From: an uncultured Candidatus Saccharibacteria bacterium
Lineage (GTDB): Bacteria; Patescibacteriota; Minisyncoccia; Phycocordibacterales; SBAW01
Direction of reading: 5' to 3'
DNA: 64,000 bases
Assembly: GCA_964566795.1 (NCBI GenBank)
Contig: CAZMIU010000001.1
Location: 79,388-143,387 of the forward strand
Shown here in pieces: positions 1-9,284 of this stretch; the first letter of the stretch is position 1; every line of letters begins with the position of its first letter. A program made the position numbers and the translations under genes. The notes under the pieces are model-generated. The model saw only the letters and a list, made by a program, of their open reading frames with translations. It was not told where the DNA came from and did no database searches.

Positions 1-5
1 TACTA

Positions 6-818
6 ATGGACGATATTCTAAACATGCCAGACAAGCCATCAACCAAGAGAAATGCAGCAGGTCAAGTACTAAACTTATACAAAAAACTGGGAGAGACACC
101 GCGAGAGAGGCTCGAGAGGCTGCGAGTGCAGAAGCCGCACTATGCCCACGAGGTGCTCTCCTATGCCGGGCGGCTCGACCCTATGGCCGAGGGCGTGCTT
201 TTGTGTCTGGTAGGAAGCGCCAACAAGCGCCGCGACGCCTACTTAGACTTAAATAAGGAGTACAAGCTCGACATATTGTTTGGCTTTTCAACTGACACTT
301 ACGACATACTGGGCCGCGTGATGGAGACGGGCGACCCGGCAGGATTGACCAAAGCGGCACTGCAGCAGGCCTTAAACGAGTTTAGAGGGCATCTAAGCCA
401 GGAGTATCCGCCATACTCATCCAAGCCCGTGGAGGGCAAGTCTCTCTTTGAGTGGGCACGCCAAGGTGCGCTCTCCTCAATTTTGCTCCCTAGCCGCCAG
501 GTGACAATCTATCACTTAGACATTGAGAATTTGTACAAGGTTAAGGAGTCTCAGCTCCTGCAATATATAGAAGACGGGGTGGGCAAGGTTAATGGCGACT
601 TTAGGCAAGAGGAGATACTGATGGCCTGGCGCCGCAACCTTAAGGCCAAAGGCGACCGCGAGTGGCCCTGCGCCACCATTAAGATTGAGTGCTCAAGCGG
701 CACCTATGCGCGCTCGATAGCCCACGGCGTGGGCCGCGAGCTTGGCGTCCCCGCGCTGGCACTCCATATCCTCAGAACCCAAGCGGGCGAGTATAGGGTT
801 GAAAAGTCCTTAAAGTAG
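6..818 (+). CDS. truB: tRNA pseudouridine(55) synthase
   Basis: YAGRLDPMAEGVL catalytic motif, PPYSS, CSSGTYARS; no PUA domain. Confidence 0.9.
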   Translation: MDDILNMPDKPSTKRNAAGQVLNLYKKLGETPRERLERLRVQKPHYAHEVLSYAGRLDPMAEGVLLCLVGSANKRRDAYLDLNKEYKLDILFGFSTDTYDILGRVMETGDPAGLTKAALQQALNEFRGHLSQEYPPYSSKPVEGKSLFEWARQGALSSILLPSRQVTIYHLDIENLYKVKESQLLQYIEDGVGKVNGDFRQEEILMAWRRNLKAKGDREWPCATIKIECSSGTYARSIAHGVGRELGVPALALHILRTQAGEYRVEKSLK

Positions 819-938
819 GGTATTGTGCGTGGCGAAAGGAGTTCCCCATGCGCCCTATTGAAGTGCTTGCCCTCATAGGCGTCTTGATCGTCATATTTGG
901 GCCGGCAGCCTGCACGATTCTGATGCCACACGCACATT

Positions 939-969
939 AAAAAGCCCCGCCTTTGGGCGGGGCTTTTCT
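939..969. terminator. Bidirectional intrinsic terminator
   Basis: AAAAGCCCCGCC-TTT-GGGCGGGGCTTTT between convergent truB and nrdB. Confidence 0.8.
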
Positions 970-1962
970 TTACCAGTCGAGCTCGCCGGTTTTGTACTCG
1001 GTCACGCGGGTCTCAAAGAAGTTCTTTTCTTTGGGCATGTCCATAATCTCGCTCATCCACGGGTACGGGTTGTCCTTGTGGTACTGGCGCTCGAGCCCTA
1101 TTCTCTCAAGCCTGCGGTCGGCGATGTGCTCCACGTACTGCTTGACCGTTTGGGGCACGAGCCCCACGATGCCGCGCGGCAGGCAGTCGTCCACGTAGCG
1201 CTTCTCTAGCTCGACACCGCGCTTGATGTTGTCTACCAGAGTCTGCTTAAACTCAGGCGTCCAGATCACCGGGTTTTCCTGCACAATAGTGTTTATAAGG
1301 TCTGCGCCAAACGCCAGGTGCACCGACTCGTCGCGCAAAATAAACTGGAACTGCTCGCCAATGCCGACCATGCGGTTTTTGCGCAGCATGGAGAGCATCA
1401 TGACAAAGCCCGCATAAAAGAATATGCCCTCCATGATGACGTAGTATCCCACCAGGTCGTGCACAAACCGCTTGATGTTCTCGACCCCTTGGGTAGTAAA
1501 GGTGTCGCTAAAGACCGACTTGGTCATCTCTACCACAAACTCGTCCTTTTCTTTTATGGAGGGGACGTTTTCATACATCTTGTATATCTCGTCGGGGTTG
1601 AGCCCCAGCGTGTCGCAGCAGTAGATAAACGTGTCGGTATGCACGGCCTCCTCGTAGGCCTGGCGCAAAATGTACTGGCGTGCCTCGGGGTTGGTTATGT
1701 GGCGATAAATTGCGAGCACCAGGTTGTTGGCAGTGAGCGACTCTGCGGTAGAGAAAAACCCGAGATTCCAGAGAATCATCCTTTTTTCGTCTTCACTTAA
1801 AGCGCCTGGCTTTTTCCATAGCTCAACATCCTGCTGCATGGAGACCTCCTCGGGCACCCAGTTGTTGGCCACGCCCTTTTTGTAATGGACGCGGGCCCAC
1901 TTGTACTTCATCGGAAGTATTTTGTTCGGGTCGGTGGTAGAAGCTCCGTTAATTATTCCCAT
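970..1962 (-). CDS. nrdB: Ribonucleotide reductase beta subunit, class Ic (R2c)-type
   Basis: FSTAESL, EEAVHTDTF, EGIFFY, RDESVH, NFFETRVTEY tail; Glu as first ligand and Phe at the radical-Tyr position. Confidence 0.93.
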   Translation of the reverse strand: MGIINGASTTDPNKILPMKYKWARVHYKKGVANNWVPEEVSMQQDVELWKKPGALSEDEKRMILWNLGFFSTAESLTANNLVLAIYRHITNPEARQYILRQAYEEAVHTDTFIYCCDTLGLNPDEIYKMYENVPSIKEKDEFVVEMTKSVFSDTFTTQGVENIKRFVHDLVGYYVIMEGIFFYAGFVMMLSMLRKNRMVGIGEQFQFILRDESVHLAFGADLINTIVQENPVIWTPEFKQTLVDNIKRGVELEKRYVDDCLPRGIVGLVPQTVKQYVEHIADRRLERIGLERQYHKDNPYPWMSEIMDMPKEKNFFETRVTEYKTGELDW

Positions 1963-2066
1963 ACAGATTTACAGATTGACTGAATTGCTAGCGGCTAGTA
2001 GACCCATTTTAAGGCTTGCCCGGGGGATAGGGAAGTGGATTGCAAACCAAGAAACAGGTTTGGTGG

Positions 2067-2096
2067 TTGACACTAGTGCGCAGACCATTGTATTGT
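2067..2096 (+). promoter_or_regulatory. sigma70-like promoter of the small peptide gene
   Basis: TTGACA-N18-TATTGT. Confidence 0.55.
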
Positions 2097-2125
2097 TCTA
2101 TGGAACCTTCAGTAGGGAGTGTTTG

Positions 2126-2230
2126 ATGCAGTTCTTTTGTGGTTTGGAGTGGGTGCCTGTGGCCGCCAACGACAACGACGGCCCGTGGCCGCATATCCCA
2201 TTCCCCGACGGCTGGTACGCCAGCTGCTAG
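2126..2230 (+). CDS. 34-aa peptide MQFFCGLEWVPVAANDNDGPWPHIPFPDGWYASC
   Basis: Own promoter, AGGGAG SD, ATG and downstream terminator; opposite strand to nrdAB. Confidence 0.7.
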   Translation: MQFFCGLEWVPVAANDNDGPWPHIPFPDGWYASC

Positions 2231-2236
2231 GGCCTC

Positions 2237-2286
2237 AAGCCCCGAGATGAAGAAGCCCCGGCTTCTCGCTCGGGGCTTTTTCTTTT
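2237..2286 (+). terminator. Intrinsic terminator
   Basis: AAGCCCCGAG...CTCGGGGCTT followed by TTTCTTTT. Confidence 0.75.
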
Positions 2287-2296
2287 GTATGGTTGG

Positions 2297-5200
2297 TTAG
2301 GCGCTGCAGGACTCGCAGGCTTCGCTAAGCACTTCTATCTTGGGGCGGGATTTGACCGCAAGAGGCGCGCCGCCAAGCGTGGGCACACCCGAGGAGCCTC
2401 CCATGCTCGCCTCGGCAGTAAACATGCTGCCCTCGGCGTACGGCGCCTTGCGAGCCTCAGCGATAAGCTCCATCTGGCCGGCGTCCACCTGCGCGGCCTC
2501 AACAGTAGCCACCACCTCGCCCACACTCATAAGCGCCACAGCCTCTGCGGCATTTTGAGCCTGCGTGGCCTGAGCCATGAGTGTGTCCTGGGTCGAGACG
2601 GTTACGGTCTCTTGTATCACGACCGTGCTTGCAATGCCGGAGGCCACCGGGGCGCCCGCGTCGGTGCTTGTGGTGTGCTTGGAGCTATCTATGGTCGACT
2701 TCTCAATGCGCGACGCTCCAAGTGTGCGCAGGTAGTAGGTGGTCTTGAGCCCCAGCCCCCAGGCGTACTGATACAGCTCGCTTAAGACGCGCCCGCTAGT
2801 GCCACCGTAGAAGATGTTTAATGACTGCGACTGGTCTATCCAGCGGCCGCGGTAGGCAGCTGCCTTGATAAGCCACTGCGGCTCCATCTCAAACACCTCC
2901 TTGTACTTCTCGCGTATGCCCGGAGGTATCTCGTGGATGTCCTGGACCGAGCCGTCGTGGAACTTGATGCGCTCAAGCATCTCGCTGCTCCAGAGCCCGA
3001 GCTTTTTGAGGTCCTCAACCAGATACTCGTTGACTATCATAAAGTCGCCGGCCATGTTGGACTTTACGTAGATATTTTTGTAAATAGGCTCCACGGTGGG
3101 GTAGCAGCCCGCGATGTTTGCGGTGGTGGCGGTGGGCGCGTGTGCCTGGGTGTTGGAGTTGCGCATGCCCCACTGGCGCACAGCCTCGCGCACCATCTGC
3201 CAGTTGAGCGTCTCGTGGCGCGGCACATCTATGCGCATACCGCGCTCCTGCTCCAGGAGGGCCAGGGTGTCCTGGGGCAAGATCCCGCGGTCCCACTTGG
3301 AGCCCTTGTAGGTCTCATAGGTGCCGCGCTCTTTGGCCAAAAGCGCCGAAGAGAGTATCGCGTGGTAGGAGATCACCTCCTGAGACTCGTCGCTAAACTT
3401 GACCGCCTCGTCCGTGTCAAAGTTGATACCCATCTTGTACAGGGCATCCATAAGACCGCGCAAACCTAGCCCCACGGGCCTATGGCGCATGTTGGAGTTC
3501 TTGGTCTTCTGCGTAGGGTAGTAGTTAACGTCGATAACGTTGTCGAGCATGCGCATGGCAACAGGTACCACGCGCGCAACCAGGTCGCGGTCAAAGCGGG
3601 CATCCGAGGTTACAAACGCCCCCAGGTTTAAGGAGCCCAGGTTGCATACGGCCGTCTCAGTTTTGGAGGTGTTGAGTGTAATCTCGGTGCACAGGTTGGA
3701 GGAGTGCACGACGCCCACATGGTCCTGCGGGCTGCGGACGTTGCTCGGGTCTTTCCAGGTAATCCAGGGGTGGCCGGTCTCAAAGAGCATGGTAATGTGC
3801 TTGCGCCAAAGATCTGCCGCCTTGACCACTTTGTGGAGCTTAATGTGGCCCTCCTGGGCCAATTTCTCGTAGCGCTCATACGCCTCATCAAAACGCTTGC
3901 CATACAGGTCATGCAGGTCGGGCGTGTCAGACGGGCTAAACAGCGTCCACTGGCCGTCCTCCTGGAGGCGCTTCATAAACAAATCGGGGATCCAGGTTGC
4001 TGTGTTGAGGTCGTGGGTGCGCCGGCGCTCATCACCGGTGTTTTTACGCAGTTCCATAAAGTCCTCAATCTCGAGATGCCAGTACTCCAGGTATACCGCG
4101 GTGGCGCCGCGGCGGCGGCCCGAGCGGTTAATGGAGATGGTGACGTCGTTCTCTATGCGCAGGAAGGGGACCACGCCCTGGCTCTCGACACCGGTCTTAG
4201 ACACCAAAGAGCCCACCGCGCGGATGTAGGACCAGTCGACACCGAGGCCGCCGGCATACTTCAAGAGCTGTGCGCCGTCTTTGTACTCGTCAAATATGGA
4301 GTGCAGGTCGTCCGGCACGGTAGAGAGAAAACACGAGGAGAGCTGGGGCACGGTGGTGCCTGCGTGATAGAGGGTCGGCGAGGAGGGCATGTAGTACATC
4401 GCCGACATGATCTCGTAAAACTCTATAGCCTGGGCCTGGCGTGCCTCAGGCGTCTTCTCGGCCAGAGCGCAGCCCATGGCAACACGCATCCAGAATATCT
4501 GCGGGGTCTCCAGCAGCTTGCGGGTTTTGTGCTCCTTGGAGAGATAGTTGGAGTGCAAAGTTTGTAGCCCGAGGTATTTAAAGTCGTTGTCCCGCTCTAT
4601 AACAAGCGCCTCTGCGAGCTTGGGCAGGTCAAACGAGAGCATCTCTGGGTCAAACCAGCCGATCTCCACGCCTTTGTGCATGCTGCGGACAAACGCAGCC
4701 TTGTGCTCTTCCTCCAGGCGGGTGTAGTCGGCAATCGGGCCTATAACCTCGCGATACATGTGCTGCAGCAGGAGCCGCGAGGCCACATAGGAGTAGGCAG
4801 GGTCGCGCTCAATCATGCTTCGGGTCACCATGATAAGCACGTCGTGGATGTCGTTGGTAGAGATGCCGTCGTACATCTCCTGGCGTACGCGGGCAATAAC
4901 GCCGCGGCTGTCTATGACAGACTCGTACCCCTTGCTTGCATACTTTAAGGAGGAGGCAAGTTTGTCCTCGCTAAAGTTCTCGCGGCTGCCGTCGCGCTTG
5001 GTTATAAGGAGTGCGTTGTCCTCTATCTTTTCTGCAACTTCGGCCTTGGCCTCCTCGCGTGCCTTCGCATGCTCGTAGCGGTAGATAATATAGTCTTTGG
5101 CCACGCCAAAGTACCCACGCTCCATAAGCGCCATCTCTACCAGGTCCTGCACATCCTCCACGGTTGGTATAAACGCCGTGTTGCCAAACTTGGCCTCGAG

Positions 5201-5353
5201 CGTGTCGACAACAACCTTGGTAATTTGGATTGCGTCGCGGTCGTGGCTGTCGCCAGTCACCGCGGCAAAGGCTTTTTGTACGGCAACGGTGATTTTTGCG
5301 GGTTCAAAGTCGGCGATAGATCCGTTGCGCTTCTTTACCTTTGGGGTGGCCAT
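2297..5353 (-). CDS. nrdA: Ribonucleotide reductase alpha subunit with two ATP-cones
   Basis: VKKRNG and ITKRDG ATP-cones, SSCF, SSNLCTEI, VCNLGS, KTTYYLR, C-terminal CESCSA. Confidence 0.96.
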   Translation of the reverse strand: MATPKVKKRNGSIADFEPAKITVAVQKAFAAVTGDSHDRDAIQITKVVVDTLEAKFGNTAFIPTVEDVQDLVEMALMERGYFGVAKDYIIYRYEHAKAREEAKAEVAEKIEDNALLITKRDGSRENFSEDKLASSLKYASKGYESVIDSRGVIARVRQEMYDGISTNDIHDVLIMVTRSMIERDPAYSYVASRLLLQHMYREVIGPIADYTRLEEEHKAAFVRSMHKGVEIGWFDPEMLSFDLPKLAEALVIERDNDFKYLGLQTLHSNYLSKEHKTRKLLETPQIFWMRVAMGCALAEKTPEARQAQAIEFYEIMSAMYYMPSSPTLYHAGTTVPQLSSCFLSTVPDDLHSIFDEYKDGAQLLKYAGGLGVDWSYIRAVGSLVSKTGVESQGVVPFLRIENDVTISINRSGRRRGATAVYLEYWHLEIEDFMELRKNTGDERRRTHDLNTATWIPDLFMKRLQEDGQWTLFSPSDTPDLHDLYGKRFDEAYERYEKLAQEGHIKLHKVVKAADLWRKHITMLFETGHPWITWKDPSNVRSPQDHVGVVHSSNLCTEITLNTSKTETAVCNLGSLNLGAFVTSDARFDRDLVARVVPVAMRMLDNVIDVNYYPTQKTKNSNMRHRPVGLGLRGLMDALYKMGINFDTDEAVKFSDESQEVISYHAILSSALLAKERGTYETYKGSKWDRGILPQDTLALLEQERGMRIDVPRHETLNWQMVREAVRQWGMRNSNTQAHAPTATTANIAGCYPTVEPIYKNIYVKSNMAGDFMIVNEYLVEDLKKLGLWSSEMLERIKFHDGSVQDIHEIPPGIREKYKEVFEMEPQWLIKAAAYRGRWIDQSQSLNIFYGGTSGRVLSELYQYAWGLGLKTTYYLRTLGASRIEKSTIDSSKHTTSTDAGAPVASGIASTVVIQETVTVSTQDTLMAQATQAQNAAEAVALMSVGEVVATVEAAQVDAGQMELIAEARKAPYAEGSMFTAEASMGGSSGVPTLGGAPLAVKSRPKIEVLSEACESCSA

Positions 5354-5645
5354 ACAGACAGGGGATTAGCTGGTAGTGATAAATAACAGATATCTATTAT
5401 CGCTCGATGCGCGTGAAATCGCCCTGTGCATAACGCATAACGGAACTAAATTCATCAAAACGCAACCGAAATTACACAAATTGACGCAAATATAGACTTT
5501 TTTGCCTCAAAATTGCCTTATTTTTGTGGGTTTTCTCCCACCACAAAAACGGCTCCACTGAGCCGTTTTTAGAGCTATTGATTTGTGTGCCAAACATGTG
5601 TTGTGGTTTTTATCCCACCCAAGCGAGACTGTAGTAGAATGTGGT

Positions 5646-6101
5646 ATGACTCAAAATGCGTGGAACTTCCTGTTCTCAGTCTTCTTCCTTATCGTGCTGG
5701 CGTGGTCGGTGCTGTGGGTGGGGCAGGTGCAGGGCGGCTACCCCACCTCGATCCCGCCGTTTGATGTCCTGCTCATATCGCTGGCGGCTTTCCGGATCAC
5801 GCGGCTCCTGGTGTACGACAAAATCGCGCAGTGGGTGCGCGATATCTTTGCCGGGGCACGGGAGGGCACTTTTAGCCACACGGTCGCAGACCTCCTGGCT
5901 TGCCCGTGGTGTATAGGCTTTTGGGGCGCGCTTGTGGCCGTGGTGGCGTACTACACCACCCCCTGGGCTTGGTTTGTCATACTCTTTTTGGCCTTGGCGG
6001 GCCTGGGCTCGCTCCTGCAGGTTATTGCAAACGGCATCGGCTGGTGGGCGGAAAACCTCAAGCTCGAGGCCAAGGAAAAGAACCGCGACCTTAGGCTCTA
6101 G
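5646..6101 (+). CDS. DUF1360-like membrane protein
   Basis: AAFRITRLLVYDKI and LLACPWCIGFW motifs. Confidence 0.7.
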   Translation: MTQNAWNFLFSVFFLIVLAWSVLWVGQVQGGYPTSIPPFDVLLISLAAFRITRLLVYDKIAQWVRDIFAGAREGTFSHTVADLLACPWCIGFWGALVAVVAYYTTPWAWFVILFLALAGLGSLLQVIANGIGWWAENLKLEAKEKNRDLRL

Positions 6102-6574
6102 AACACGATAGGTACAACGAGCTGCCTGTCGTTCTCCGGCAGGCCGGACGGGTTGTCGTTGTGGAGGATCACTGTGCCCACAGAGCCCTTCTGCTGCGCG
6201 GGGAAGCTGAGCGTGATTGAAAACGGTACATACTCCTGCGTCATCCACTCACCCTGTGCCTGTGCCGGGCCCTCGGCAATCTTTGTTCCGGATGCATTTT
6301 TGATCTCGACGGGGAAGGAGGCCTCAAAGTACCACCCGCCGCGTGCCTTGCCCGTAATGGTTAAAGGCGAGGAGATAGTGGCACCATTTTTTAAAGACTC
6401 GACCACCAGCATGTCCTCAAACTGGGGGTTTGTGGCTGTAGTGGTTGTGGCTTGCTGTGAGCTTGTCGAATCCGTTGTCGGTGCAACCGACTTGCCCGGG
6501 AGTATAAAAAGGATAAGCGCTGCAACGATGATAAGTGCGGTTAGTATGCCCAATATCCAGCCTGTCTTGTTCAT
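6098..6574 (-). CDS. Membrane-anchored Gmad2 immunoglobulin-like domain protein
   Basis: N-terminal TM, Thr-rich linker, ISSPLTITGKARGGWYFEASFPV, DNPSGLPEND. Confidence 0.75.
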   Translation of the reverse strand: MNKTGWILGILTALIIVAALILFILPGKSVAPTTDSTSSQQATTTTATNPQFEDMLVVESLKNGATISSPLTITGKARGGWYFEASFPVEIKNASGTKIAEGPAQAQGEWMTQEYVPFSITLSFPAQQKGSVGTVILHNDNPSGLPENDRQLVVPIVF

Positions 6575-6871
6575 ATACCCATAAGACTACCGCCCGAGCT
6601 GAAAATTACAAGCATACCTGTTGGGGCACAAGCGCCGGCGGGCCAGGACACCTCTAGGGTGGCCCAGCCCGCCGGCTTAGGTGCTTACTTTTTCCATTGT
6701 GTTGTTGACCTAGCTGCTACACTGTCTACAACTCACGGTGTGGTGCTGGGGTAACGGCGGCCGCTATGCGGCTCATGTGCGCCGTGCCCGCACAGGCCCT
6801 GCTAGCCTGCACACCCACATAGTACGCCGGCGGCCTTAAACAGATATGAATAATTGCATGAAGAAATTGCA

Positions 6872-7918
6872 TTAAGCGCTCATGTTTTTGTGGTGGGAGA
6901 AGTCGAGCGTACGCGTGTTTGCCTCTTGTGCCGCCTGCGCAGCTGCGCCCCCAAGCGGCAAGAGCACAGACACCACCGTGCCTCCGGGGCGCTTGGGAGT
7001 GCTGCGCCTGCTTTCTACCAGTATCTTGCCGCGGTGGGCGCGCACCATCTCGTTTACGATAGTGAGCCCCAGGCCCGCTCCCTCCTCCTGCCCTTTGCGG
7101 TTACGCGAGGAGTCGGCCCGGTAAAACGGCTCAAACACGTGCAATAGCTCCTCCTGAGTCATCCCCATGCCGGTGTCTTGTACCTCAAAGAGCACCATGC
7201 CCTCCTGGGGGCGCAGCACCGCCCGCACCATGGCATGCGCGCCGCCCGGCGTGTAGGAGAGCGCGTTTTTTATAAGGTTAGACATCACCTGCTCGAGAGC
7301 TGCCGCGTTGCCAAAGACAATAGAGCCCCGCTCGGTCTGGAGCGAGAGCTTGATGCTGCGCTCGCGCGCGAGCCCCTGGTAGTGCCTGACCACCTGCTCG
7401 CTCAGGGGGGTAAGGTCGAGGTTCTTAAACTGCATACGCTCGGGGCGCGCAAGCGTGTTTAAAGACAGGAGGTTGTTGATAATCTCGGAGATGCGGTTGA
7501 GCTCTCCGATAATCTCCCTAAAGGTTGAAGCCAAGTCCCGGTCAAGAGACTGGTCAAAGAGCGCCACTTCGCTGTTGGTCTTAATGATAGAGAGCGGGGT
7601 CCTGAGCTCGTGGGCGATATTTGATATGAACAGTTTTTGGTGGCGCAGGTTGTCGCGCGCCGGCTTGAGGCTCAGCCGTATAAGGAGCCCGGAGGCGCCC
7701 ACCGCCGCCGCAAGAAGCAGCACAAGCATAACCAGGCCGCTCTGAGCATACGCAGCAACCGCGAGTATGGCGCCCATGCACAGCAAGGTAAACCCAACCT
7801 GGAGGGCCACGATATGGGTCGCCGTCCTAAAGAACACGTCGCTTGTGTAGCTATGCGTGAACTTCTCCCAGGAGGCGGTAGCCCACGCCACGAACTGTCT
7901 CAAATAGTTGTTCGCCAT
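6872..7918 (-). CDS. Sensor histidine kinase
   Basis: AHELRTPL H-box, NLIKNA, DTGMG, GLGL; two TM segments. Confidence 0.92.
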   Translation of the reverse strand: MANNYLRQFVAWATASWEKFTHSYTSDVFFRTATHIVALQVGFTLLCMGAILAVAAYAQSGLVMLVLLLAAAVGASGLLIRLSLKPARDNLRHQKLFISNIAHELRTPLSIIKTNSEVALFDQSLDRDLASTFREIIGELNRISEIINNLLSLNTLARPERMQFKNLDLTPLSEQVVRHYQGLARERSIKLSLQTERGSIVFGNAAALEQVMSNLIKNALSYTPGGAHAMVRAVLRPQEGMVLFEVQDTGMGMTQEELLHVFEPFYRADSSRNRKGQEEGAGLGLTIVNEMVRAHRGKILVESRRSTPKRPGGTVVSVLLPLGGAAAQAAQEANTRTLDFSHHKNMSA

Positions 7919-8540
7919 CTTCGTTTGCTCCCAGCTTCTTTCTCAGGTTCTTCATATGCACATCAAGCACGTTGCTCCATGAGAGCGAGTTAAAGTCCCA
8001 CACGTGGTCAAACAGCTTTTCCCGCGATAAGACCTCGTTTGGCTGGCGCATAAAGCACTCCAGCAGCGAAAACTCCTTGAGCGTCAGCGGAATTTCCTGG
8101 CCGTCGCGGCGCACCACGCGGGTTGCCATGTCCATCTCAAGCGGCCCCACCTTGAGCGTGACCGGCTTTTGCTGCGCGGGGCGCCTCAGCACGGCGTTGA
8201 GGCGCGAGAGAAGCTCCTCAAAGCTAAACGGCTTTACGATATAGTCGTCTGCGCCCTTGTTGAGCAGGTCTACCTTATGCTCTGTTTCGTTGCGGGCAGT
8301 CAGTATGACAATGGGGGTGGTTACGCCCTCCTTGCGCACGGTCTCGGTAATAGTGGCGCCATCAAGCCCAGGCAGCATCAGGTCGAGGATAATAAGGTCG
8401 TATTCGTTTCTATACAGGAGTATGCGGCTGCGTGCCTTCTCCGGGTCGGGGAGCCAGTCTACGGCAAACCCCTTAAGCTCCAACCCCTTTTTTAGGGCCT
8501 TAGCCAAGCGCTCCTCATCTTCGACTATGAGTAGGTGCAT
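7851..8540 (-). CDS. OmpR-family response regulator
   Basis: LIVEDE, DLMLPG, GADDYIVKPF, TVRGVGY. Confidence 0.95.
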   Translation of the reverse strand: MHLLIVEDEERLAKALKKGLELKGFAVDWLPDPEKARSRILLYRNEYDLIILDLMLPGLDGATITETVRKEGVTTPIVILTARNETEHKVDLLNKGADDYIVKPFSFEELLSRLNAVLRRPAQQKPVTLKVGPLEMDMATRVVRRDGQEIPLTLKEFSLLECFMRQPNEVLSREKLFDHVWDFNSLSWSNVLDVHMKNLRKKLGANEDGEQLFETVRGVGYRLLGEVHA

Positions 8541-8639
8541 ACGGATGGTTTATGAACGATTAATACCCCATAAGTATGAGGCATACAACCTGAACTATTC
8601 ATGAACGCAGCAGTAAAGACAGCAAATACCTTGCAAATA

Positions 8640-9284
8640 CTAGGCTTTTTGGAAGGTCAGCCAGTCGTGTGGCAGCAGCCAGCGGGCTATGTGGTAGATG
8701 CCATACGTGATAAAGAATGCCGCCAACACGTCTATAGAGTAGTGCAGGTGCCCCAAGAGTACTACCACGCCAAAAAAGACCGACCATGCCAAAAACACAT
8801 ACCTAAGCCAGGGCGTGTGCCAGAATATGAGCGCCATGAGGAATGGTGCGCCCGTGTGACCCGAGAAGAAGTGGTCCGCGCCAAAGAACATGCGGGCAAT
8901 AGCAGGCGTAAACTCGTCTGAAGGCGCCTGCGTTATAAACGCGCCCACGTGCGTGAGCGAGACAAAGATGCAGCGTATGAGCACAAACAGGGTGAGCGCA
9001 TGGAGCACAAACGGGATACGCTTTGGCCTCTCTAGGCACAGCGTCGTGATAAACGCCACTAAGAGAAACATCCCATAGACAAAAAATATGCCCACATCAA
9101 AGACGGGCGTGTTTGAGAGGATAATGTCGCCCACCGGGTTGGTTGCGGAGTCGTTGGCAAAGTCTATCGCCAGGGGCTGCATGACAAATATTGCCACCAA
9201 AAACAGCCCCAGCGACACAACAGAATTAACCCACAGCTGCCAGTCTGACCAATGCTCGCGGTGCCGCTCTATAACCTTTCTCAT
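8640..9284 (-). CDS. PAP2-superfamily (sphingomyelin-synthase-like) membrane protein
   Basis: DHFFSGHT and HLHYSIDV motifs; multi-TM. Confidence 0.75.
   Translation of the reverse strand: MRKVIERHREHWSDWQLWVNSVVSLGLFLVAIFVMQPLAIDFANDSATNPVGDIILSNTPVFDVGIFFVYGMFLLVAFITTLCLERPKRIPFVLHALTLFVLIRCIFVSLTHVGAFITQAPSDEFTPAIARMFFGADHFFSGHTGAPFLMALIFWHTPWLRYVFLAWSVFFGVVVLLGHLHYSIDVLAAFFITYGIYHIARWLLPHDWLTFQKA

Noticed and set aside
2040-2290. tmRNA, suggested by the AANDN string
   Set aside because: No tRNA-like domain or T-loop; AANDN is internal to an ATG-started ORF ending WYASC rather than an Ala-Ala tail
6600-6860. ncRNA or small gene in the spacer
   Set aside because: Only a GC hairpin (GCCGGCGGGC/GCCCGCCGGC); no convincing ORF or RNA family
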